From contig OX597817.1 in assembly GCA_951406725.2 (NCBI GenBank), forward strand, positions 142,228,001-142,292,000: DNA of 64,000 nucleotides. Direction: 5' to 3'. How positions within the stretch are numbered: the stretch's first letter is position 1; every line of letters starts with the position of its first letter. The notes below the pieces were generated by a model. That model made no database searches, was not told the DNA's origin, and saw only the letters and a list, made by a program, of their open reading frames with translations. The stretch is from Octopus vulgaris. Lineage: Eukaryota. The position numbers and the translations under genes were made by a program. Shown here one piece after another: positions 50,620-64,000 of this stretch.

Positions 50620-51100
50620 CAATAATAAATGATAAATGATGACGACAACGACAATGATGATATTGATGATGAGGAAGACGACCACGACCACGACGAACAT
50701 GATGATGATGTTGACGACGGACGATGACGACGAAGACGATGATGATGATGATGTTGATGATGATGATGATGATGATGATGACCACCACCACCACTACCAC
50801 CACGATGAACATGATGATGATGATGCCTACGACAACGACAACGATGATGATGAGGATGACGACGATGACTACGACGACTACGACGACGACGATGATGATG
50901 GCGTCAACGACTACAACGATGATGATGATGACGAAGACAACGACGATAATGGTGATGATGATGATGATGATGACGACGCCGAGAATGATGATGATGATCA
51001 TCATCACCACCATCGTGAGAATTATCATCAACTTCATCAACACCACCACCACCACCATCACCATCATCATCACCATGAACAGTAACAGCATCATCATCAG
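50620..51100. repeat. Degenerate compound trinucleotide repeat (GAT/GAC/CAC/CAT)
   Basis: Seen directly; open in several frames on both strands. Confidence 0.9.
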
Positions 51101-51487
51101 TTCGGTATCATCCTGTTAATTTGAACAAAGAAGAGCAACAAAGGATGAAACCGCTTTTAATGTGGTGACGATAACCACGATGATAATCGAACACGAGAAA
51201 TGCAGGCAGATACGAAGAACCGAGATGAAAATAACTCCACTCTTGGAGTGTGACTGACACTTAGAACATGTTCAAAGGGTACAATTGAACTGAAACTCAG
51301 GGGAGGGGGGCGATGGTGAGGTGCAGACAGAGCATGTCTGTGCATATGTTAATTATATATACACGCTCATTCTAACCTTGAATGGTGTGCTTACATACAA
51401 ATGATCTCTCATACATACACCCCTATATATGCAAGCGCTATACACTCACACACGCAAGCGCGAAAGCGCGCGTACACAGACACACAG

Positions 51488-51520
<33 letters not shown>

Positions 51521-51545
51521 AATATATATCTTATTTATATGCACA

Positions 51546-51589
<44 letters not shown>

Positions 51590-51977
51590 AATATATATCT
51601 TATTTATATATATATATATATTTATATACGTATGTATAAGTATTATGGAATAGTTGATGTGTGACAATGATTGCATAGAGAGTGGCGGTAGTATACGATA
51701 GAAAAATGTGAATAGCTTACAAGTATGTGGATATATCTGTGTGTGTGTGTATGCATGTTTGTATGTATGCGTTTGTTAATGTACGTATGTATGTATTATA
51801 AATTAGCTATATACGCCAGTAACACTGTTTGTAACGAATGTGCTAATTATTACACAAACGCACGCCAACATGAAGCTATTTATATATCTATATAAACATG
51901 AATATATATATATGTATGAATGTATGTATGTATGTATATATGTATGTATGTATGTATGTATGCATATGTATGTATAC

Positions 51978-52096
<119 letters not shown>

Positions 52097-52424
52097 AGGG
52101 AGGGGGAAGGAGACGGAAAGGATAGTGAAGAGCGATAAACAGATTGACAGACAGAACATTAAAGCAGACAGACAGGACGTCATAGAAGAAAATTAAAGTG
52201 AAATGGAAATTTGAGAGGGAGAGAGAGAGAGAGAGACCAAGATTGTGAGAACAACCGGGAGTGAAGCAAAGAGAGAGAGAGAGAGATTAAGAGGGGGAGA
52301 ACAAAAGAGGGGGAATAAAAGACAGAGACGTGGAGTAAAAGAATAGGAGTAAGAGAGAGAGGAAAATACAGAGAATAAGAATAAGAGAATGGTGAGGAGA
52401 CAGAGTGAGTGAGAGAGAGAGAGA

Positions 52425-52485
<61 letters not shown>

Positions 52486-55072
52486 TGTGTGTGTGTGTGT
52501 GATTTATCCAAGGTGAAAGGTAGAAGTTCACGGTTGGCAAAAAAAATGATTCAGAAAGTATTTCCGAAAGTGCTAGACAGAAGAAAAAATATATGAAAAT
52601 GGAAAAAGGTTCTTGAATTTGTTAGAAGAATCTGTTAAGAATAAGGAACGGAAGTTAAATGCGAACTTTGCAAAGGAATAAAAAAAATGTGCGAGGTGGG
52701 GTTTTTTCTATTGGAATTTTAATAGAAAAAAATTATAATATAGAGTGAATAAGAGAAAGAGGATGAGGAGGAGGAGAGGTAAAAGAAGTGGACGGAGTTG
52801 AGTATTTTTGTAGAAGAGAGAAGAAAATAAAATGAATGCAAAATTATGAAAACCTCATTTTGAAATAAGATCAAAGAATGGATAGAAAGGGAGTGGGAGG
52901 GGAAAAGGAAGTAGTTGAGGGAAAGGTGAGAGGAGAATGTTATCAATGAAAATGATAGAAAGAGTAGGAGGAGTGTAAACGGAGTTAGAGGGAGGGTGTG
53001 TATGTGTGTGTGTGTATGTGTGATTTGTGAGTGTTTCAGTGTGATTTTGTGAGTGAAATAAGCTTTGTTTGTGTGTCTGTGCGTGTGATTGCATATGTTT
53101 GAATGTGTTGGCGTGTGTGCATGTGTGTGTGTGGAACTCTTTACATGTGTGTACATATATGTGTGTACATATATGTGTGTATGTATACGTATATATGTAT
53201 GTTTGTGTGTGTATGAGTGTATGCGTGTGTGAGTGGAGCTAAACGCGTGTGTTGATGTATGTATACATTTGAAGAGAAAGCAGAAATAAAATGAAAGCTG
53301 ATGGAATAAGTGTGTAGCATTTTAAAAACATAATGAACCAAGAGCGATAACTCATATAAGTCCAATGATATAAACTTAAATAAACATGTTACGAGAGAGT
53401 AGACAAAATGGCGTAATTGCGCACAAACTATTCTGAATAAATTGAAATCTCTGTCTTGTTTCCAGACAAGAAACCTATACTAATGTAGAAACATAGCGGT
53501 TATTGTTGGCGACTATCAAAGACAAGGAAGGATAATTTATAAAAATGAAAGCTTAATTTCTCAAAATTACTTTGCATACATAGTTTCAGACATGGCTACA
53601 CGGTTAGGAGGTCCGAATCGCATCCATTCTTTTCTACTCTAGGCTCAACGCCCGAAATTTTTTGGGAAGGGGGCAGTTGATTAGATCGATCCCCTATGTG
53701 AAAACATTCTTCAAATAAACGTAGTCAAGGGGACAAGAGGAACAAACTTCAACCAACATGAGAGCTATACGTAACAACCTTCATCTTTAACATTAGTGAA
53801 TATATTATAACAATTGGATAGACAACAATTTTACTTCAAGTGGGCAACGATACTAAGCTATAATTCCTAGGTCTAATCTGACCTGGAGTAGTAGCATTTT
53901 GCCAGGGTACAGTTAATTGTTGATTAGCATATCACAGAAATGCTTTTGGAAGTAGGTCAATCAAACACACAAGCTAAAGATCCCAGCACAGATGAGCAGC
54001 CCTTTATCTGCCCATCTGAAAGGAGGGAACTCTATATCAAACTTGCGTCCTGATAACTACTTGGCTTGTGGAACTTGCTGTACCAGACAATTTCAGATTT
54101 GGAGATGGAGGGATTGGAACTGGTTTTGCACAAACCATGATCACGATGATAAAATTCATCACGCAGTTTTTTCAGGAAATCCAAACACAAACACCAACAC
54201 CATCTCACATTATTTATAACTCTTGTAGTGATAGAGAGGGTGCCATATTAAATAGCCAGATTCATTCTATCTCCGCCGTCTTTGGCGCAGGGGCGTGTTG
54301 CTGAAAATTCCATGTGCGCGTGGACTCTCTCAGCTCTTAGCTGAGAGTACACACACATATTAGTTATCTACACGTCTCAGCCCACATCACCGATTTTATA
54401 CGATGTTGTAACCCTGAGTAAGAATAGCAATTTGTTAATGCTCTCTTCTGCCTTGTTTATTGCTGTTGCAGAAATCATACCCTCACCTGTTATATAACCT
54501 TTTAATTTAAGTAATAAATATTGATTTCTAATACTGGTTCAACATCATACATCTCTATGCTAGATAGGTTATCGATTGAACAATATAATCGATTCGATCA
54601 CACGTTGCCATTAGTGGGATTGAACGTGCGCCTTCTTAATTCTGAAGCGAACATCCTATCTATTCAGCCGTGTCAATATGTCCGCAATTATGTAAAAACA
54701 CTTGCACATACAGACTAATATACATCGCTAAAACATAATTCATATTCTATTTACAATGTGTGTGCGTGTGAGTGTGTATGTGTGTATACATATATATATA
54801 TATATATATGTATGTGTATGTATATATATATATATATATGTGTATATATATATATGTATATATATGGCGGTGCCCCAGCATGGCCACAGCTCATAAGCTG
54901 AAACTAGAATCAATCAATCAATCATATGTTTATATATATGTATATATATATATATATATACGCATATACATACATATGTATATATTGTATATATATATGA
55001 ATGTATTGTATATATATATAGACATGTATACACACACATATATATAGACATATATATATACAGGCATATATG

Positions 55073-55129
<57 letters not shown>

Positions 55130-55146
55130 GTATTTATGTATGTATG

Positions 55147-55273
<127 letters not shown>

Positions 55274-55621
55274 GTAGATGCATGCATACATTCACCAAAT
55301 TCCAGAACCACACAGATACGTTCTATTGCGTAGATACGCTCCCATATATGCACCCAAAGATCTCAACATACACACTCTGTCTTTCATCCTTTCGGGATCG
55401 ATAATTACCAGTTGCATTCTGTGGACAATCTAATCGACTGGCCCCCTCCCACAAAATTTCGGGCCTTATGCCTGGAGTAGAAAAGATTATATTGGTCGTA
55501 TGCAATGTTTCAGATACTCATCGCCATTCACATGCACATGATGGGAAAATATCTTGTAAGATGCGTTCTAATGTCTCATATATTCAGTTTTTTAAATCCT
55601 AAGCAAGTATTACACACAGGT

Positions 55622-56045
55622 ATAGGTACAGGAATGGCTGTGTGGTTAATACGTTCACTTTATCACCACCTAGTTTTGGGTTCCAACCCACTGCGCGTAA
55701 AGTAGATAAAATTGACTTCCACTATAGCCTCGGACAGTGTAATGTTTTCTGAGTAAATTTCAGAGTCGGAAACTACGCGGGAGCCCGCTGAATATCTATG
55801 TGTTTGTGTTTGTGTTGGCTCCCATTCCAGTTTGACAACCGGTGTTCACTTGTTTTGTATTCCCATAAATAGCGAAATAGGTTGAAAGAACGAGTTTGGC
55901 GCAAACTTGGCAGACACCCGTCCCATACCCAAATATTTAGATTTGAGAATGATAAATACCGGGGCCGATTTGATCAATCAAACTCTTCAAGGCGGGGATT
56001 CAAAATGGCTGCAATTCTTTGACTGAAACAAGAAACAGAAAAATA
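55622..56045 (+). mobile_element. Old SINE family A-related copy
   Basis: atggctgtgtggttaa...gggttccaacccactgcg...actatagcctcgg...ttgactgaaacaag. Confidence 0.65.
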
Positions 56046-57086
56046 AAAGGTAAAAAAAGATGTTATTGTGTGCCGCGTGCCGTGCCAGACTAAAACTAGG
56101 TTCATTAATTTCACTGTCTGGTGAAACCAATACAGTAGCAAACTGCTAACGTGACCAAACGTTTATTCAAAATTCAGGTTGATCAGTTGAGTCCTGCTTG
56201 TTCCACCGGAAACATCAAAGAAAATCCTTCCTCTCGAATTGGACATCACCAGTTCTTTAGTCTTTGTATAAGCTTTGGTTTCTTGGGTCAAAGCGTGATT
56301 CGTTTCGCTGGACATAGTGTCCCAGTTGAAAGTCAAAATTAGTTACCTGCCAAATCCTGCGTCTAAGACTTGCCAAAGTAGTTATTGCTGGAACTGAATA
56401 TATCACTGCTCAAGAGTATTACTTGCCATCGGCTACCATTTTCGATGTAGATCATCTCATGTTTGCTCATGGCAAAGGTAAATTCCTGAAGATGGTCTTT
56501 CTTTCCAATCTTGTTTTGCTGGGTACAATATGTCCCCTATCATGCTACCCCGGTGATAACCGAGCAACAGACAGTGAACAGACACAGAAAATTATAGCAA
56601 ACAGGTCCCTCGTTTATAGAGAATGTGAGATTCAAGTATCTTCCCAGAAACTGCTCCAGTTTGCATCATCTTCTTAGAGGCGTCTTTTCTGACAAGCTTC
56701 GGTGTATGTTAAGCAAATATATGGTGCAGAAGTTTCATGTCATAGAACATTGCTGTAGCAGGAATGTTGTGTTGGATGTGTGGAGATTTAAATAGGCTCT
56801 CAAAATTCTTCATCGGAAAATCATGTCTTGGAGTAATTGATACACATTTTCAAATTGCACAAAGATAGAAAATACTCGCTCACGCACACACAGTGACAGC
56901 TACGCACAATCACGCACACACGAACACATATAAACACACGCTTATAAACAAATGCGCACATAAATGCAAACAGACACACACGTATATGTATGTGCATATA
57001 TATTTATGTAGGCGTAGATATATACGTATTGTATATGTACATAAATATGTCTATCTATACACGCACATACACACACAAACACACAA

Positions 57087-57165
<79 letters not shown>

Positions 57166-57168
<3 letters not shown>

Positions 57169-57965
57169 GGTCAACCCATAAATAATGTGGCATTTTCAAA
57201 TGCATGAGCTAAATGTCGGAGGGAGACGGGATGAACTACCTGCATCAACTTATTATAAAAGAAGGTAGTAATTTTACCTTGTACTTATTCTTAGTGCAAG
57301 TTTTGAAGAGTGCAGTTCGATATTAACAATTATTTTTTCAAAGCTATAATGAAAGTGACAAAGGATCATATTCGGCATATTTTGCCTTATGAGTTCAATA
57401 AAGGCAATAACACAAGGGAAAGTGCAAGAAATATTAATGCAGTATATGGGGATCGGACAATAAGCGTAAGCCAGTGTCAATGGTGGCTCCAGAAATTCTG
57501 AACCGGAAACTACAGTCTAGAAGACGAGGCTCGACCTGGAAGATCTGTAGAGCTCGAGGAGAACGTCCTGGAAACTTTGGCGTTGAGGAACTAGTAGAGA
57601 AGTTTGCATTTGGTCATTCAACCAGTCATTGAAGTCAGCGCTAGAAGAAAACGACTATCTTTGGTTTCAAGACGAAAGGTATTTTGTCCATCACGATAAT
57701 GCTCGACTACATACAGTGAGGATGACATTCTAAAGGATGGAGCAGTTTAAATGGGAAGCGATGCCCTACCCACCATATTCGCCGGACAATTCGCCACCTG
57801 TTTATCATTTATTTCGCAGTCTTCAGAATCATTTGGACGGAAAAAATAGGAATTCTCTAGACCAGGTCAGAATAGTACTAGAGGAGTATTTTTCGACGCG
57901 GACAAATGAATTTTGGAAGAGATGCTCGCAAAACTACCAGATAGCTGGAGGAGCATTGTAGAAGG
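57166..57965 (+). pseudogene. Mariner transposon relic, internally deleted, right TIR not seen
   Basis: MKVTKDHIRHILPYEFNKG...INAVYGD...SLEDEARPGR; HHDNARLH; YPPYSPDNSPPVYHLFRSLQNHLDG; starts after (TA)n. Confidence 0.9.
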
Positions 57966-58429
57966 TACTTTTTCTTTACTATCTCTTCTCTGTCTATCTG
58001 TCTCATTCTCTTGTTCTTAATCCTTTCTGATTTTCTCTCACACCATTCCCTATTTTCTCCTCTCCTCTTCAATGTTTCCTCTCTCTCACTCCTCCTCCTC
58101 GACTCTCCCGTCGCTGACACGTGATGAGAGGGAATCCATCTTTCCGACTACTACCTTCACAAAGACTAAACGGTCATATCCTGTCTCTTCATAAGCTCGT
58201 CTTCCTAAACGTTCATAATAATTTTTCCGTCGTCTTGGCTTAACAGCCCTCATCGTTTGTTTTTATTGTTTTGTTCTCATTGTTCTGTCTTTTTCTGTTT
58301 TTACTTTTTATTGTTTTTACTGTTTTGTTCTCACTGCCCTGTTCTTGTTACCACTTTCACCCTCCGCAAAAAATCCCAAATTTTATTTAATTTGCTTTGC
58401 GGGAAGGATTGTTTCAACGAAGTCGCATC

Positions 58430-58640
58430 TTGTCCTTGCCTTCGACGTGGAGTAGTTGAAACAGGGAGAACTGAAGAAGAGGAATATTCTTTATGTTGTT
58501 TGTCTCGTTTCTCTGTTTTTTTTTCGTTGTTTGAAAAAAAGTTCGTTTCTATGTTTTTGTTTTTATGCTTTCGTTTCTCATTGTGTTCATGGTTGTTTTT
58601 TTATGCCCTGTACCCATATATGCTTGTATATATACATATA
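58430..58640 (+). mobile_element. Second copy of the 19480-19680 repeat
   Basis: Visible homology; runs into (TA)n. Confidence 0.6.
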
Positions 58641-58674
58641 TATTTGTCAGTATGTACATATATGTATGTATATT

Positions 58675-58757
<83 letters not shown>

Positions 58758-59112
58758 TGGGAGAGAGAAAGAGAGATGTTACAAATATGTATATCTTTAG
58801 ATTATATACATAGATATAATTCATTTACTTCTATTGTGTATATTTCCCTCTTGTTCTTTGTGTAGATGTGTAAATATTTTTCTATGCATATCTGCAGACT
58901 AAATAAATGTTTACGATATCTGGATATCTGGACATACACAAACAACCAAATATTAAACAAAAAAAAAGACACATTGATTTCTTTTTTTTTGTATCTAAAA
59001 CAAAATCCAATATCTTTGTTTTATCGTCATATACGTACATATGTAGCGAAGTAAATATGAAAACAATTATAGATATGTTCGGGAAATATAGCAGTGTTAT
59101 ATAAACAAGTTT

Positions 59113-59529
59113 AAGGCGGCGAGCTAGCAGAAACGTTAGCACGCCGGGCGAAATGCGTAGCAGTATTTCGTCTGCCGTTACGTTCTGAGATCAAATTCCG
59201 CCGAGGTCGACTTTGCCTTTCATCCTTTCGGGGTCTATTAAATAAGTACCAGTAACGCATTGGGGTCGATGTAATCGACTTAATCCGTTTGTCTGTCCTT
59301 GTTTGTCCTCTCTGTGTTTAGCCCCTTGTGGGTAGTAAAGAAATAGGTATTTCGTCTGTCTTTACGTTCTGAGTTCAAATTCCGCCGAGGTCGACTTTGC
59401 CTTTTATCCTTTTGGGGTCGATAAATAAAGTACCAGTTACGCCCTGGGGTCGATGTAATCGACTTAATCCGTTTGTCTGTCCTTGTTTGTCCCCTCTATG
59501 TTTAGCCCCTTGTGGGCAATAAAGAAATA
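59113..59529 (+). mobile_element. SINE family D with tandemly duplicated 3' ~183 bp, 13-bp TSD
   Basis: gtatttcgtctg...aaagaaatag occurs twice; atataaacaagtt at 59099-59111 and 59531-59543; an older D copy follows at 59545-59650. Confidence 0.9.
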
Positions 59530-60134
59530 GATATAAACAAGTTAATGCGGCGAATTGGTACAGTCGTTAGAACTCGGCAATGTTTGTTCTGGGTCCTGAG
59601 TTCAAATCTCGTCTCGGTCATCTTTACTTTTCATAAAAACTGGGTCGACTTGCTGGTGTCTAGTGGTGGGTTGGACTCATGAGCATACTGTACTAGGTTC
59701 GATTTCCAGGCAGTATGACGTACTGTATCCTTGAGCAAGGGATTTCCATTCACGTCGCTGCTGTCTACTCAGTCATATCGCCTCGCTCCAGCTGTAACAA
59801 CCTGGGTGTGTCACTAGGTGAAGATTGAGTGGGCCTAGACGATGGGTACGCAGGCGGTGGTTCTTTAAAGAAGATCAGGAGGGGAATAAGAGGACGAAGG
59901 AAAGAAAACAGGGAAGAGAAGAAAGAAGAAAATGGAGGAGGGGAGGGGAGGAGAAGCAGTAGAAGGAGAATGCCAACAGGAAAGAGGAGGATGAGGAGAA
60001 GGTGGAAAGGGTGAAGGAAGAGTAGAAAAAGAACAACAACAGTGGGGAACAGGTAGCGGAGATGAAGAAAGGATAACAAGGAAGAAATAAGGAAAAGGAG
60101 ATGGATAAGATGAGAAGCGGGGGAGAAGCGGGGG

Positions 60135-60223
60135 AAGAAGAAGAAGAAGAAGAAGAAGAAGAAGAAGAAGAAGAAGAAGAAGAAGAAGAAGAAGAAGAAG
60201 AAGAAGAAGAAGAAGAAGAAGAA
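60135..60223. repeat. (GAA)n microsatellite at the end of a purine-rich tract
   Basis: Seen directly. Confidence 0.95.
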
Positions 60224-60569
60224 ATATCCTCAAGGTGAATGGTAAATATTTTGGCGCATGAATCTGTTTTGCGAAATGCCTCGAAATTCCGCGTAGAATC
60301 CTCACTGATGCAGGTGGCGATGGACACCAGGCGTCGGTCTACTCTTCCTCTAACCGCCTCGTTATTGATAAAGTCATTCTACTTAATGTCTTGTATTTTC
60401 AGGTGGAATCTACTGTCAAAACCGACCGTTCTCTTGGCTGCTTTTCGGGTGCTATGTTTCACAGCCTTATGAAAAGATGGAATGCACGTTCGCGTTGTAA
60501 GAAATCAGTTTGTTTGCCAGAGTGTCTGGTAAAATATTACATGAAAGATCAAGGTTACTTTGTGTAGAT

Positions 60570-60901
60570 CAGTAATTCACAACCGGGATCCATATGACCC
60601 TTGATGATTTGCATATTTGGGGGTTCCACACAACAAAACAGTAAATTGGTGATCTACATAAGTATTTGAAGGGCCTCTGAAAAAATCTGCTTTGAATGTA
60701 TTTATTGGTATGTATTGTAGCTCGGTTTCTCTAACATTTTACATAGTTCAACCTACACAAGTTAATGTGTGGAAAACAAAAAAAGGAATTTTGAAAGAAG
60801 TTTATATAAAGCTAGTTATTAGACATCGAATGGCTATGGGGGTACACCAGAATAAAATAGTAATCGAAGGGGTTATCGATTAAAATGGTTGAGAACCCCT
60901 G
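60570..60901 (+). mobile_element. hAT-type MITE
   Basis: Imperfect TIRs cagtaattcacaacc / ggttgagaacccctg; decayed 8-bp flanks gtgtagat / atacagat. Confidence 0.6.
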
Positions 60902-61011
60902 ATACAGATGGTGATATTTATTTTGTCTGATGCTCCGGTTAATCACCAGCTCCACCTATCGTGATGTATATTCAGCCAGCAAAAGATCTGCCACTAGGAA
61001 TCCGTGGCATA

Positions 61012-61897
61012 CGAGGTCTGATCAATAAGTATCCGGACTGTTGCCGTAGTAACGATGCTAATGCACGCAGATTAAAGCTGCTTGACACAGATTGCTCTTG
61101 AACTCAGCTGTGCAGTTTTAACGTTCTAGCTAACTTCCGTTGTTTACATCAGTGCTTGGAAGGAAGGTGTGTAGCGTGTGATCGTCGCATTGAACATGAC
61201 AGAGAAAGTTCTTATGGTGATAGCTGCTTAGAGGCCTACACAAACTTCCAGAAACTGTATGAAGAAGAATGTATGAGCCGCACACAAGTGTATGAATGGT
61301 TCAGACGTTTTCAAGATGGCTGAAAAAATGTCGATATTGACGGACGTTCTGAAAGAACCGCACCCAGCAGAACTGAGAAAAAACATCACGGATGTCCGTG
61401 CAGCTGTGAGGGGAAATCGTCGTATCACAATTCGTGAGTTGTCAGAGGATGTGCAGATTAGTTACGGTTCAGTTCAGTCCGTTATCACCGAATATTTGGG
61501 TATGAGACGCGTGTCTACCAAGTTTGTGCCAAAACTGATTTCATCTGACCAAAGCGACACTCGGGTTTCAGTTGCACAAGATCTCCTTGATTGTGTCGAG
61601 AACGATGAAAACGTTTTGAAAACTTTGCGTGGGCCTCTGAGCAAGGATCACCAAATTTTTGGTAAAATTCGATGCAGATTCTCTGCTCAACATTCTTTGT
61701 CTGTGTCAACGCGACGATCACATGCTACATACGTTAGTTTCAAGCACTGCTGTAAACAATGGAAGTGAGATAGAACGTTAACACTTTGTGCGCATGCACA
61801 GCTGTGTCCAAGGTCAATCTGTGTCAAACGGCATTTCTCTCCGCGCTTAAGCTTTGTTAATATAGCAACAGTCCGGATACTTATTGATCAGACCACG
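61012..61897. mobile_element. Mariner deletion derivative built from two 5' ends
   Basis: TIRs cgaggtctgatcaataagtatccggactgttgc / gcaacagtccggatacttattgatcagaccacg with homology extending ~190 bp; + strand has YEWFRRF...NRRITIRELS...LGMRRVSTKFVPKL; - strand has N-terminal EQRICIEF. Confidence 0.88.
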
Positions 61898-62199
61898 AAT
61901 TTAGAATTCTCAGTTCACGAGAGTAAAGGTAATTCCTCAAATCACACTGCTTTAGAAAAGATCGCATTAAATAATATGGCTCTCTGTTCTCTCCATTTAG
62001 ACAAATAGACGGGATTGTCACGTTTGGGATGTCTTTGATGATGAGCATGCTCATGTATGAATGAATGGTAGTTTAATGACAGCAACAAGACCAACAACAG
62101 CAACCTACTTTATGTATCATGACGTCAGTTCAGTTAAGCGGTGCTTCGAAATGCTGGATAAAACAGCAAGCAACCTTTTTCAAATCACAAAATGAAGGA

Positions 62200-62555
62200 C
62201 ACCTTTTCACAACCATCGGAGCGCGAAGCGCTACACAAGAATGCAGTTCGTCAGATGGTTGTGATCTGTAAACAGTTTTGAGTAGGAACCGGAAAAAGAA
62301 GAATGAACACGCGATGCGCATGTGCACACTGAATTCATGAAACGGAAGAGAAGAATAAAAACGCAATGCGCATGTCAAATGAAACCACTTATATGTTATA
62401 GTCTGCAAGCTACGCCTGACACCACTATCAGCCATCCTTGCTATAATCCACTTGCCAATAATACACAAAAGAAGCAGATAGTCGCAGCCGGAAGCATGTT
62501 TCATTTCAGAACCGGAAGCAAACAGTAACTCCAACGACACCATCAGCCATGATTT
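62200..62555. promoter_or_regulatory. Candidate cis-regulatory cluster (ETS-like CGGAA and NRF1-like TGCGCATG motifs)
   Basis: ccggaa at ~62289, ~62488, ~62512; acggaag ~62342; atgcgcatgt at ~62314 and ~62366; no gene seen. Confidence 0.4.
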
Positions 62556-63518
62556 ACTTTTTTTTAAATACTTCATTATTTTTGTGCTTCAGTTACAACC
62601 TCATCTCTACCATCACTCTTACTACTTCTAATCCTGTCACAACAGCAACAGCAATAATTACAACCATTTTCTGTTGCTACTGCTGTTGTTGTTGTTGCTC
62701 TTTGACGTAGAGAGAAACGTTGAGATTTCTGTGTTATAATTTATAATTACTGTCTTCCGATAAATGTTGGTCAACAATTGGAATATCCAGCAGTTAGCAA
62801 GCCAGAATGTTATTCAATAATTTCAGTCTACCTTCTTTCTCTTCCCCACCTATCTGTCTCTCACGCTTTCTCTATCTATCTATCTCTCTCTATCTATCTA
62901 TCTATATATATATATATCTTTCTCTCTTCATGTTTCTATTTTTCCCTCTTTACAGAGTAGCCTAGTAATAGTTATAGGAAACAGCATTCAAACTCGTATA
63001 TGAGAACAACGAAGACGAAAATCTTAAACGAAATGAAAGGGTGAATGACTTAGTTACATGCAAGGTGAAGTTAGTTTCTATAAAACAGCGAGAAGATACT
63101 TAGAGATAGCTTTGCAAATGGTGACAGACGTAGACAGTAAACGATGTGTGCAACGAGAAAGCTACGATGGATAAGAAAATACGCCACTTCAGACATTGAA
63201 TTTCAACTCTTCAAACTGTTACACTATCACAAATTGTATTGATCGTAGCTTGGATGTCTGTGAGTTTTGATATTTGTTTATTTAACATTTTTTCCCCATT
63301 ACTTCGTTCAATATTCATATTAAACTAAAACTGCATAGAATTGTCGTCCATGTGTGGGTGTATATATGAATCTCTAAGTTCGCATTGGTTGCATTGTTCG
63401 GAATACTGTGTTTTGTGACAAAACATTGAAATGTGGAGATTTTAAATGGATTCGAAACTCCTTACACAATGACTGAATTATAAATATGTCCAACGCAATT
63501 CAGCCACGATATATTACT

Positions 63519-63950
<432 letters not shown>

Positions 63951-64000
63951 ACATAAGCTCACTCGTGTATATGTACAAACACACACAAACACACACTCTG

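Noticed and set aside
50636-51085. Asp/His-rich 149-aa ORF as a biomineral or metal-binding protein
   Set aside because: Degenerate trinucleotide repeat open in several frames; no signal peptide or splice context
54327-54347. Perfect 9-bp hairpin ctctcagct/agctgagag
   Set aside because: Too short to be significant and no associated element termini recognised

Overview
AT-rich, microsatellite-saturated eukaryotic DNA with no recognisable intact host gene. The SINE repertoire and dense (TA)n/(CA)n/(GATA)n/(CATA)n tracts suggest a cephalopod (octopus) intron or intergenic region (inference). Most ORF-track entries are microsatellite read-throughs. Real coding remnants are a frameshifted Tc1 DD34E transposon, two mariner relics, a 5'-truncated Tx1/L1-type LINE in (GATA)n, R4/Dong and CR1/L2-type LINE fragments, and a Penelope GIY-YIG endonuclease remnant. 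There are also several tRNA-derived SINE families, a non-autonomous Helitron and hAT MITEs. The main unannotated signal is about 15 type I hammerhead ribozyme (HHR) motifs from roughly 10 unrelated families, read by eye. Most lie in small non-coding elements next to (TA)n. They include a retrozyme-like tandem array of 360/361-nt HHR monomers with an inverted block (25488-26603), a perfect 307-bp-arm palindrome with an HHR in each arm (34040-34670), rod-like hairpins tipped by HHRs, and recurrent non-canonical cores (U3-A8, C4, U6). Structures were paired manually; no folding or database search was run, and repeat boundaries are approximate.
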